Positions 15,306 through 28,609 of a stretch of 64,000 nucleotides of DNA are shown one piece after another. The stretch is from Eledone cirrhosa. Its lineage: Eukaryota. Every line of letters starts with the position of its first letter. The first letter of the stretch is position 1. The stretch lies in assembly GCA_964016885.1 (NCBI GenBank), contig OZ024743.1, positions 137,082,001 to 137,146,000 of the forward strand. The letters are read 5' to 3'. The notes below the pieces were generated by a model. It was given only the letters and a program-made list of their open reading frames with translations, did not search any database and was not told where the DNA came from. The position numbers and the translations under genes were made by a program.

Positions 15306-18085
15306 ACACCAAGCACCAAACACCAAACACCAAACACCAAGCACCAAGCACCAAGCACCAAACACCAGACACCAAGCACCAAACACCAAGCACCAAGCAC
15401 CAAGCACCAAACACCAAACAACAAGCACCAGGTACCAAGCACCAAACACCAAACACCAAGCACCAAACACCAAGCACGAAACACCAGGCACCAAGCACCA
15501 AACACCAAACACCAAGCACCAAACACCAGCCACCAAGCACCAAGCACCAAACTCCAAACACCAAGCACTAAGCACCAAACACCAAACAACAAGCAGCAGG
15601 CACCAAGCACCAAACACCAAACACCAAGCACGCAACACCAAACACCAAGCACCAAGCACCAAACACCAATCACCTAGCACCAAGCACCAAACACCAAACA
15701 CCAAACACTAATCACCAAGCACCAAGCACCAAACACCAAGCACCAAGCAGCAAGCACCAAACACCAAGCACCAAGCACCAAACACCAAACACCAAGCACC
15801 AAACAGCAAGCACCAAATACCAAGCACCAAACACCAAGCACCAAACACCAAGCCCCACGCACCAAGCACCAAACACCAAACACCAAGCACCAAGCACCAA
15901 ACACCAAGCACCAAGCACGAAGCCCCTAGCACCAAACACCAAACACCAATCAAAAAGCACAAAACACCAAGCACCAATCACCAAGCACCAAACACCAAGC
16001 AGCAAGCAGCAAGCACCAAACACCAAACACCAAGCACCAAGCACCACATACCAAACACCAAGCACCAAGGTCCAAACATCAAACAACAAGAACCAGGCAC
16101 CAAGCACCAAACACAAAAACACCAAGCACCAAGCACCAAACACCAAACACCAAGCACGCAGCATCAAACACCAAGCACCAAACACCAAGCACCAAAGACC
16201 AAGCACCAAGCACCAAGTACCAAACACCAAACACCAAGCACCAAACACCAAACACCAAGCACCAAGCACCAAGCACGAAACACCAGGCACCAAGCACCAA
16301 GCACAAAACACCAAACACCAAGCACCAAACACCAGCCACCAAGCACCAAGTATCAAACACCAAACACCAAGCACTATGCACCAAACACCAAACAACAAGC
16401 ACCAGGCACCAAGCACCAAGCACCAAACACCAAGCACGCAGCACCAAACACCAAGCACCAAGCACCAAACACCAAACACCAAGCACCAAGCACCAAGCAC
16501 CAAACACCAAACACCAAACACCAAGCACCAAGAACCAAACACCAAACACCAAACAGCAAGCACCAAGCACCAAACACCAAGCACCAAACACCAAACCCCA
16601 AGCACCAATCACCAAACACTAATCAACAAGCACCAAGCACCAAACACGAAGCACCAAGCAGCAAGCACCAAACACCAAGCACCAAGCACCAAGCACCAAG
16701 CACCAAACACCAAGCACCAAGCACCAAACACCAAACCCCAAGCACCAAAGACCAAGCACAAAGCACCAAGGACCAAACACCAAGCACCAAGCACCAAGCA
16801 CCAAACACCAAGCACCAAGCACCAAACACCCAGCACCAAGCACCAAGCACCAAACACCAAGCACCAAGCACCAAACACCAAACACCAAACACCAAGCACC
16901 AAGCACCAAACAGCAAGCACCAAACACCAAACAACAAACAGCAAACGCCAAACACCAAGCACCAAGCACCAAGCACCAAACACCAAGCACCAAGCACCAA
17001 GCACAAATCAGCAAACACCAAGCACCAAGGACCAAACATCAAACACCAAGCACCAAGCACCAAACACCAAACACCAATCACCAAGCACCAAGCACAAAGC
17101 ACCGAACACCAAGCACCAAGCACCAAGCACCAAACACCAAGCACCAAACACCAAGCACCAGGCACCAAGCACCAAACACCAGGCACCATGCACCAAACAC
17201 CAAGCACCAAGCACGAAGCACCAAACACCAAGCACCAAACACCAAACACTTAACACCAAGCACCAAGCACCAAGCACCAAGCACCAAGCACCAAACACCA
17301 AACACCAAGCACCAAGTATCAAACACCAAGCACCAAGCACCAAACACCAAGCAGCAAGCACCAATCACCAAACACCAAGAACCAAGCACCAAACACCAAC
17401 TACCAAGCACCAAGTACATACACCAAGCACCAAACACCAAACACAAAACACCAAGCACCAAACACCGAGCACCAAACACCAGATACCAAGCACCAAGCAC
17501 CAAACACCAAACACGAAGCACGCAACATCAAACACCAAGCACCAATGACCAAGCACCAAGCAACAAACACCAAGCACCAAGCACCAAGTACCAAACACCA
17601 ACCACCAAGCACCAAACACCAAACACCAAGCTCCAAGCACCAAGCACGAAACACCAGGCACCAAGCACCAAGCACCAAACACCAAGCACCAAACACCAAA
17701 CACCAAGCACCAATCACCAAACACCAAGAACCAAGCACCAAACACCAACCACCAAGCACCAAGTACATACACCAAGCACCAAACACCAAACACAAAACAC
17801 CAAGCACCAAGCACCAAGCACGAAACACCAAGCCCCAAGCACCAAGCACCAAACACCAAACACCAAGCACCAAACACAAAACACAAACACCAAGCACCAA
17901 GCAGCACACACCCAGCATCAAACACCAAACACCAAACACCAAGCACCAAACACCAAACACCAAACACCAAGCACCAAGCACCAAGCACCAAACACCAGAC
18001 ACCAAGCACCAAACACCAAGCACCAAGCACCAAGCACCAAACACCAAACAACAAGCACCAGGTACCAAGCACCAAACACCAAAAA
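12830..18085 (+). repeat. Overlapping higher-order tandem duplication, period 2623-2679 bp
   Basis: CACGAAA 12852/15475 (2623); ORF pairs 13051/15674 (2623) and 13697/16376 (2679); GGTACC 15431/18061 (2630). Confidence 0.9.
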
Positions 18086-19919
18086 CCAAACACCAAGCAC
18101 CAAGCACCAAGCACCAAACACCAAACACCAAGCACCAAGCACCAAGCACCAAGCACCAAACACCAAACAGCAAACACCAAACACCAAACAGCAAAAACCA
18201 AATACGAAACAGCAAACACCATACAGCAAACACCAAACACCAAAAAGCAGACACCAAACACCAAACACCAAACACCAAGCACCAAGCACCAAGCACCAAC
18301 CACCAAACCCCAAGCACCAAGCAACACACACTAATCACCAAGCACCAAGCACCAAACAACAAGCACCAAGCACCAAGCACCAAACACCAAGCACCAAGCA
18401 CCAACCACCAACCACCCAGAACCTAGCACCAAGCACCAAACAGCAAGCACCAAACACCAAACACCAAACACCAAGCACCAAGCACCAAGCACCAAACACC
18501 AAGCCCCAAGCACCAAGCACCAAACACCAAACACCAAGAACCAAGCACCAAACACCAAGCACCAAGCACCAATCACAAAGAAAGAAACAACAAGCAGCAA
18601 GCAGCAAGCACCAAACACCAAACACCAAGCACCAAACACCAAGCACCAAACACCAAGCACCAAACACCAAACACTAAGTCCCACGCACCAAGCACCAAAC
18701 ACCAAACAGCAAGCACCAAGCACCAAACACCAAGCACCAAGCACCAACCCCCTAGCACCAAACACCAAACACCAAGCACCAAGCACAAAACACCAAGCAC
18801 CAATCACCATGCACCAAACACCAAGCAGCAAGCAGCAAGCACCAAACACCAAAACCAAGCACCAAGCACCAAACACCAAACACCAAGCACCAAGCACCAA
18901 ACACCTAACACCAAGCACCAAGCACCAAGCACCAAGCACCAAACACCAAGCACCAATCACCAAACACCAAGCACCAAGCACCAAACACCAAGCACCAGGC
19001 ACCAAGCACCAAACACCAAGCACCAAACACCAAGCACCAAGCACCAAACACCAAGCACCAAGACCGAAGCACCAAACACCAATCACCAAACTCCAAACAC
19101 AAAACACCAAGCACCAAGCAGCAAGCACCAAACACCAAACACCAAGCACCAAGCACCAAATACCAAACACCAAGCACCAAGGACCAAACATCAAACACCA
19201 AGCACCAAGCACCAAACACCTAACACCAAGCACCAAGCACCAAGCCCCAAACACCAAGCACCAAGCACCAAAGACCAAGCACCAAGCACCAAGCACCAAA
19301 CACCAAGCACCAAGCACCAAACACCAAACCCCAAGCACCAAACACCAAACCGCAAGCACCAAGCACCAAATACTAATCACCAAGCACCAAGCACCAAACA
19401 ACAAGCACCAAGCACCAAGCACCAGGCACCAAGCACCAAGCACCAGACACAAAACACCAGCACCAAGCACCAAGCAGCAAACACCAAGCATCAAACACCA
19501 AACACCAAGCACGCAGCACCAAACACCAAGCACCAAGCACCAAACACCAAACACCAAGCACCAAGCACCGAGCACCAAACACCAAACACCAAACACCAAG
19601 CACCAAGAACCAAACACCAAACACCAAACAGCAAGCACCAAGCACCAAACACCAAGCACCAAACACCAAACCCCAAGCACCAATCACCAAACACTAATCA
19701 ACAAGCACCAAGCACCAAACACGAAGCATCAAGCAGCAAGCACCAAACACCAAGCACCAAGCACCAAGCACCAAGCACCAAACACCAAGCACCAAGCACC
19801 AAACACCAAACCCCAAGCACCAAAGACCAAGCACAAAGCACCAAGGACCAAACACCAAGCACCAAGCACCAAGCACCAAACACCAAGCACCAAGCACCAA
19901 ACACCCAGCAACAAGCACC

Positions 19920-22900
19920 AAGCACCAAACACCAAGCACCAAGCACCAAACACCAAACACCAAACACCAAGCACCAAGCACCAAACAGCAAGCACCAAAC
20001 ACCAAACAACAAACAGCAAACGCCAAACACCAAGCACCAAGCACCAAGCACCAAACACCAAGCACCAAGCACCAAGCACAAATCAGCAAACACCAAGCAC
20101 CAAGGACCAAACATCAAACACCAAGCACCAAGCACCAAACACCAAACACCAATCACCAAGCACCAAGCACAAAGCACCAAACACCAAGCACCAAGCACCA
20201 AGCACCAAACACCAAGCACCAAACACCAAGCACCAGGCACCAAGCACCAAACACCAGGCACCATGCACCAAACACCAAGCACCAAGCACCAAGCACCAAA
20301 CACCAAGCACCAAGCACTAAGCACCAAACACCAAGCTCCAAGCACCAAGCACCAAACACCAAACACCAAGCACCAAGCACCAAACACCAAGCACCAAGCA
20401 CCATGCACCTAGCACCAAACACCAAACACCAAGCACCAAGCACCAAACACCAAGCACCAATCACCAAGCACCAAACACCAAGCAGCAAGCAGCAAGCACC
20501 AAACACCAAACACCAAGCACCAAGCACCAAACACCAAGCACCAAGGACCAAACATCAAACACCAAGCACCAAGCACCAAACACCTAACACCAAGCACCAA
20601 GCACCAAGCACCAAGCACCGAACACCAAGCACATAACACCAAGCACCAAACACCAAGCACCAAGCACCAAACACCAAGCACCAAACACCAAGCACCAAGC
20701 ACCAAGCACCAAACACCAAGCACCAGGCACCAAGCACCAAACACCAAGCACCATGCACCAAGCACCAAGCCCCAAACACTTAACACCAAGCACCAAGCAC
20801 CAAGCACCAAACACCAATCACCAAAAACCAAACACCAAGCACCAAGTACCAAACACCAAGCACCAAGCACCAACCACCAAGCACCAAGCACCAATCACCA
20901 AACACCAAGAACCAAGCACCATACACCAAGCACCAAGCACAAAGGACCAGGCACCAAGCACCAAGCAGCAAACACCAAGCATCAAACACCAAACACCAAA
21001 CACCAAGCACCAAACACCAAGCACCAAGCACCAAACACCAAACACCAAGCACCAAGCACCAAGAACCAAACAACAAACACCAAGCACCAAACACCAGATA
21101 TCAAGCACCAAGCACCAAACACCAAACACCAAGCACCAAGCACCAAACACCAAACAACAAGCACCAGGCACCAAGCACCAAACACCAAACACCAAGCACC
21201 AAACACCAAGCACCAAGCACCAAACACCAAACCACAAGCACCAAACACCAAACCCCAAGCACCAAACACCAAACACCAAACACCAAGCACGCAGCATCAA
21301 AGACCAAGCACCAAGCACCAAGCACCAAACACCAAGCACCAAGCACCAAATACCAAGCACCAAACACAAAGCACCAAACACCAAACACCAAGCACCAAGC
21401 ACCAAACACCAAGCACCAAGCACCAAACACCAAACCACAAGCACCAAACACCCAACCCCAAGCACCAAGCACCAAACACTAATCACCAAGCACCAAGCAC
21501 CAAACAACAAGCACCAAGCACCAAGCACCAGGCACCAAGCACCAAGCACCAAACACTAATCACCAAGCACCAAGCACCAAGCACCAAACACCATGCACCA
21601 AGCACCAAGCACCAAAAACCAAGCACCAAGCACCAAACACCAAACACCAAGATCGAAACACCAAGCACCAAGCACCAAGCACCAACCACCCAGCACCAAG
21701 CACCAAGCACCAAACACCAAGCACCAAACACCAAGCACCAAGCACCAAGCACCAAGCACCAAGCACCAAACACCAAGCACCAAGCACTAAGCACCAAACA
21801 CCAAGCCCCAAGTACCAAGCACCAAACACCAAACACCAAGCACCAAGCACCAATCACCAAACACCAAGAACCAAGCACCAAACACCAAGCCTTTAGGACC
21901 AAGCACCAGGCACCAAGCACCAAGCACCAAACACAAAACACCAAGCACCAAGCACCAAGCAGCAAACACCAAGCACCAAACACCAAGCACCAAGCACCAA
22001 ACACCAAACACCAAATACCAAGCACCAAGCACCAAACAGCAAGCACCAAACACCAAACAACAAACAGCAAACGCCAAACACCAAGCACCAAGCACCAAGC
22101 ACCAAACACCAAGCACCAAGCACCAAGCACAAATCAGCAAACACCAAGCACCAAGGACCAAACATCAAACACCAAGCACCAAGCACCAAACACCAAACAC
22201 CAATCACCAAGCACCAAGCACAAAGCACCAAACACCAAGCACCAAGCACCAAGCACCAAACACCAAGCACCAAACACCAAGCACCAGGCACCAAGCACCA
22301 AACACCAGGCACCATGCACCAAACACTAAGCACCAAGCACCAAGCACCAAACACCAAGCACCAAGCACTAAGCACCAAACACCAAGCTCCAAGCACCAAG
22401 CACCAAACACCAAACACCAAGCACCAAGCACCAAACACCAAGCACCAAGCACCATGCACCTAGCACCAAACACCAAACACCAAGCACCAAGCACCAAACA
22501 CCAAGCACCAATCACCAAGCACCAAACACCAAGCAGCAAGCAGCAAGCACCAAACACCAAACACCAAGCACCAAGCACCAAACACCAAGCACCAAGGACC
22601 AAACATCAAACACCAAGCACCAAGCACCAAACACCTAACACCAAGCACCAAGCACCAAGCACCAAGCACCGAACACCAAGCACATAACACCAAGCACCAA
22701 ACACCAAGCACCAAGCACCAAACACCAAGCACCAAACACCAAGCACCAAGCACCAAGCACCAAACACCAAGCACCAGGCACCAAGCACCAAACACCAAGC
22801 ACCATGCACCAAGCACCAAGCCCCAAACACTTAACACCAAGCACCAAGCACCAAGCACCAAACACCAATCACCAAAAACCAAACACCAAGCACCAAGTAC

Positions 22901-24170
22901 CAAACACCAAGCACCAAGCACCAACCACCAAGCACCAAGCACCAATCACCAAACACCAAGAACCAAGCACCATACACCAAGCACCAAGCACCAAGGACCA
23001 GGCACCAAGCACCAAGCAGCAAACACCAAGCATCAAACACCAAACACCAAACACCAAGCACCAAACACCAAGCACCAAGCACCAAACACCAAACACCAAG
23101 CACCAAGCACCAAGAACCAAACAACAAACACCAAGCACCAAACACCAGATACCAAGCACCAAGCACCAAACACCAAACACCAAGCACCAAGCACCAAACA
23201 CCAAACAACAAGCACCAGGCACCAAGCACCAAACACCAAACACCAAGCACCAAACACCAAGCACCAAGCACCAAACACCAAACCACAAGCACCAAACACC
23301 AAACCCCAAGCACCAAACACCAAACACCAAACACCAAGCACGCAGCATCAAAGACCAAGCACCAAGCACCAAGCACCAAACACCAAGCACTAAGCACCAA
23401 ATACCAAGCACCAAACACAAAGCACCAAGCACCAAACACCAAGCACCAAGCACCAAACACCAAGCACCAAGCACCAAACACCAAACCACAAGCACCAAAC
23501 ACCAAACCCCAAGCACCAAGCACCAAACACTAATCACCAAGCACCAAGCACCAAACAACAAGCACCAAGCACCAAGCACCAGGCACCAAGCACCAAGCAC
23601 CAAACACTAATCACCAAGCACCAAGCACCAAGCACCAAACACCATGCACCAAGCACCAAGCACCAAAAACCAAGCACCAAGCACCAAACACCAAACACCA
23701 AGATCCAAACACCAAGCACCAAGCACCAAGCACCAACCACCCAGCACCAAGCACCAAGCACCAAACACCAAGCACCAAACACCAAGCACCAAGCACCAAG
23801 CACCAAGCACCAAGCACCAAACACCAAGCACCAAGCACTAAGCACCAAACACCAAGCCCCAAGTACCAAGCACCAAACACCAAACACCAAGCACCAAGCA
23901 CCAATCACCAAACACCAAACACCAAGCACCATACACCAAACACCAAGCACCAAGCACCAAGCACCAAGTACCAAACACCAAACACCAAGCACCAAACACC
24001 AAACACCAAGCACCAAGCACCAAGCACGAAACACCAGGCACCAAGCACCAAGCACCAAACACCAAACACCAAGCACCAAACACCAAGCCTTTAGGACCAA
24101 GCACCAGGCACCAAGCACCAAGCACCAAACACAAAACACCAAGCACCAAGCACCAAGCAGCAAACACCAA
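19920..24170 (+). repeat. Higher-order tandem duplication, period 2051 bp (293 monomers), with a 147-bp extra segment near the end of copy 2
   Basis: ORF pairs 20083/22134, 20403/22454, 20753/22804 and 21593/23644 are all offset by 2051. The private variant CCTTTAG is at 21890/24088 (2198 = 2051 + 147). Confidence 0.92.
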
Positions 24171-27100
24171 GCATCAAACACCAAACACCAAACACCAAGC
24201 ACCAAACACCAAGCACCAAGCACCAAACACCAAACACCAAGCACCAAGCACCAAGCACCAAACACCAAACACCAAGCACCATACACCAAACACCAAGCAC
24301 CAAGCACCAAACACCAAACAACAAGCACAAGGCAACAAGCACCAAACACCAAACACCAAGCATGCAGCATTAAACACCAAGCACCAAGCACCAAACACCA
24401 AGCACCAAGCACCAAGCACCAAGTACCAAACACCAAACACCAAGCACCAAACACCAAACACCAAGCACCAAGCACCAAGCACGAAACACCAGGCACCAAG
24501 CACCAAGCACCAAACACCAAACACCAAGCACCAAACACCAGCCACCAAGCACCAAGCACCAAACATTAATCACCAAGCACCAAGCACCAAACACCAAGCA
24601 CCAAGCACCAAACACCAAACCCCAACCACCATAGACCAAGCACCAAGCACCAAGGAACAAACACCAAGCACCAAGCACCAAGCACCACACACCAAGCACC
24701 AAGCACCAAGCACTAAACAGTAAGAACCAAACACCAAACACCAAACAGCAAACACCAAACAGCAAACACCAAACACCAAACAGCAAACAGCAAACGCCAA
24801 ACACCAAGCACCAAGCACCAAGCACCAAACACCAAGCACCAAGCACCAAGAACCAAACACCAAACACCAAACAGCAAGCACCAAGCACCAAACACCAAGC
24901 ACCAAACACCAAACCCCAAGCACCAATCACCAAACACTAATCACCAAGCACCAAGCACCAAACACCGAGCACCAAACACCAAGCACCAAGCACCAAACAC
25001 CAAAACCCAACCACCATAGACCAAGCACCAAGCACCAAGGAACAAACACCAAGCACCAAGCACCAAGCACCAAACACCAAGCACCAAGCACCAAACACCC
25101 AGCACCAAGCACCAAGCATCAAACAACAAGCACCAAGCACCAAACACCAAACACCAAACACCAAGCACCAAGCACTAAACAGCAAGCACCAAACACCAAA
25201 CACCAAACAGCAAACACCAAACAGCAAACACCAAACACCAAACAGCAAACAGCAAACGCCAAACACCAAGCACCAAGCACCAAGCACCAAACACCAAGCA
25301 CCAAGCACCAAGCACAAAACACCAAACACCAAGCACCAAACACCAAGCATCAAACACCAAGCACCAAGCACCAAACACCAAACACCAAGCACCAAACACC
25401 AAGCACCAAACACCAAGCACCAAACACGAAACACCAAGCACCAAGCACCAAGCACCAAACACCAAGTACCAAACACCAAGCACCAAACACCAAGTCCCAC
25501 TCACCAAGCAGCAAACACCAAGCACCAAGCCCCAAGCACCAAGCACCAAGCACCAAGCACCAAGCCCCTAGCACCAAACACCAAACACCAAGCACCAAGC
25601 ACAAAACACCAAGCACCAATCACCTAGCACCAAACACCAAGCATCAAGCAGCAAGCACCAAACACCAAACACCAAGCACCAAGCACCAAATACCAAACAC
25701 CAAGCACCAAGGACCAAACATCAAACACCAAGCACCAAGCACCAAACGCCTAACACCAAGCACCAAGCACCAAGCACCAAGCACCAAACACCAAGTACCA
25801 ATCACCATACACCAAGCACCAAGCACCAAACACCAAGCACCAGGCACCAAGCACCAAACACCAAGCACCAAGCACCAAACAGCAAGCACCAAGACCGAAG
25901 CACCAAACACCAAGCACCAAGCACAAAGCACCAAGCACCAAGCACCAAAAACCAAACACCAAGCACCAAGTACCAAACACCAAGCACTAAGAACCAAACA
26001 CCAAGCACCAAGCACCAATCACCAAACACCAAGAACCAAGCACCAAACAGCAAGCACCAAGCACCAAGCACCAGGCACCAAGCACCAAGCAACAGACACA
26101 AAACACCAAGCACCAAGCACCAAGCAGCAAACACCAAGCATCAAACACCAAACACCAAACACCAAGCACCAAACACCAAGCACCAAGCACCAAACACCAA
26201 ACACCAAGCACCAAGCACCAAGCACCAAACACCAAACACCAAGCACCAAACACCAGATACCAAGCACCAAGCACCAAACACCAAACTCCAAGCACCAAGC
26301 GCCAAACACCAAACAACAAGCACCAGGCACCAAGCACCAAACACCAAACACCAAGCACCAAGCACCAAACACCAAACACCAAGCACGCAGCATCAAACAC
26401 CAAGCACCAAGCACCAAGCACCAAGCACCAAACACCAAGCACCAAGCACCAAGCACCAAGCCCCAAGCAGCAAGCACCAAACACCAAGCAACAAGCACCA
26501 AACACCAAGCACCAAGCACCAATCACCAAGCACCAAACACCAAGCACCAAAAAATAAGCACCAAGCACCAAACACCAAGCACCAAGCACCAAACACCAAC
26601 CACCCGGCACCAAGCACCAAGCACCAAACACCAAGCACCAAACACCAAACACCAAGCACCAAGCACCAAGCGCCAAGCACCAAACACCAAGCACCAAGCA
26701 CTAAGCACCAAACACCAAGCACCGAGCACCAAACACCAAGCACCAGGCACCAAGCACCAAACACCATGCACCTAGCACCAAACACCAAACACCAAGCACC
26801 AAGCACCTAGCACCAAACACCAAACACCAAGCACCAAGCACCAAACACCAAGCACCAATCACCAAGCACCAAACACCAAGCATCAAGCACCAAGCACCAA
26901 GCACCAAACACCAAGCACCAGGCACCAAGCACCAAACACCAAGCACCATGCACCAAGCACCATGCCCCAAACACTTAACACCAAGCACCAAGCACCAAAC
27001 ACCAAGCACCAAAAACCAAACACCAAGCACCAACTACTAAACACCAAGCACCAAACACCAAACACCAAGCATCAAACACCAAACACCAAACACCAAGCAC

Positions 27101-28609
27101 CAAACACCAAGCACCAAGCACCAAACTCCAAACACCAAGCACCAAGCACCAAACAACAAGCACCAAGCACCAAACACCAAACACCAAGCACGCAGCATCA
27201 AACACCAAGCACCAAGCACCAAGCACCAAACACCAAGCACCAAGCACCAAGCACCAAACACCAAACAACAAGCACCAGGCCCCAAGAAGCAAACACGAAA
27301 CACCAAGCACGCATCACCAAGCACCAAGCACCAAACACCAAACACCTAACACCAAGCACCAAGAACCAAACACCAAACACCAAACAGCAAGCACCAAGCA
27401 CCAAACACCAAGCACCAAACACCAAACACCAAGCACCAATCACAAAACACTAATCACCAAGCACCAAGCACCAAACACCGAGCACCAAGCATCAAGCACC
27501 AAACACCAAGCACCAAGCACCAAGAACCAAGCACCAAACACCAAGCACCAAGCACCAAACACCAAACCCCAAGCACCAAGGACCAAACACCAAGCACCAA
27601 GGACCAAGCAACAAACACCAAGCACCAAGCACCAAACACCCAGCACCAAGCACCAAGCACCAGGCACCAAGCACCAAACACCAAACACCAAGCACGCAGC
27701 ATCAAACAGCAAGCACCAAGCACCAAGCACCAAACACCAAGCACCAAGCACCAAGCACCAAGTACCAAACACCAAACACCAAGCAGCAAACACCAAACAC
27801 CAGGCACCAAGCACCAAGCACGAAAGACCATGCACCAAGCACCAAGCACCAAACACCAAACACCAAGCACCAAACACCAGCCACCAAGCACCAAGCAGCA
27901 AACACCAAACACCAAGCACTAAGCACCAAAAACAAACAACAAGCAACAGGCACCAAGCACCAAAAACCAAACACCAAGCACGCAGCACCAAACACCAAGC
28001 ACCAAGCACCAAGCACCAAACACCAAACAACAAGCACCAGGTACCAAGCACCAAACACCAAACACCAAGTACCAAGCACCAAACACCAAACACTAAGCAC
28101 CAAGCACCAAACACCAAGCACCAATCACCAAGCACCAAACACCAAGCAGCAAGCAGCAAGCACCAAAGACCAAACACCAAGCACCAAGCACCAAACACCT
28201 AACACCAAGCACCAAGCACCAAGCACCAAGCACCGAACACCAAGCACCAAACACCAAGCACCAAACACCAAGCACCAAGCACCAAACACCAAGCACCAAA
28301 CACCAAGCACCAAGCACCAAGCACCAAACACCAAGCACCAGGCACCAAGCACCAAACACCAAGCACCATGCACCAAGCACCAAGCCCCAAACACTTAACA
28401 CCAAGCACCAAGCACCAAACACCAAGCACCAAAAACCAAACACCAAGCACCAACTACTAAACACCAAGCACCAAGCACCAAACACCAAGCACCAAGCACC
28501 AATCACCAAACACCAAGAACCAAGCACCAAACACCAAGCACCAAGGACCAAGCACCAGGCACCAAGCACAAAGCACCAAACACAAAACACTAAGCACCAA
28601 ACACAAAAC

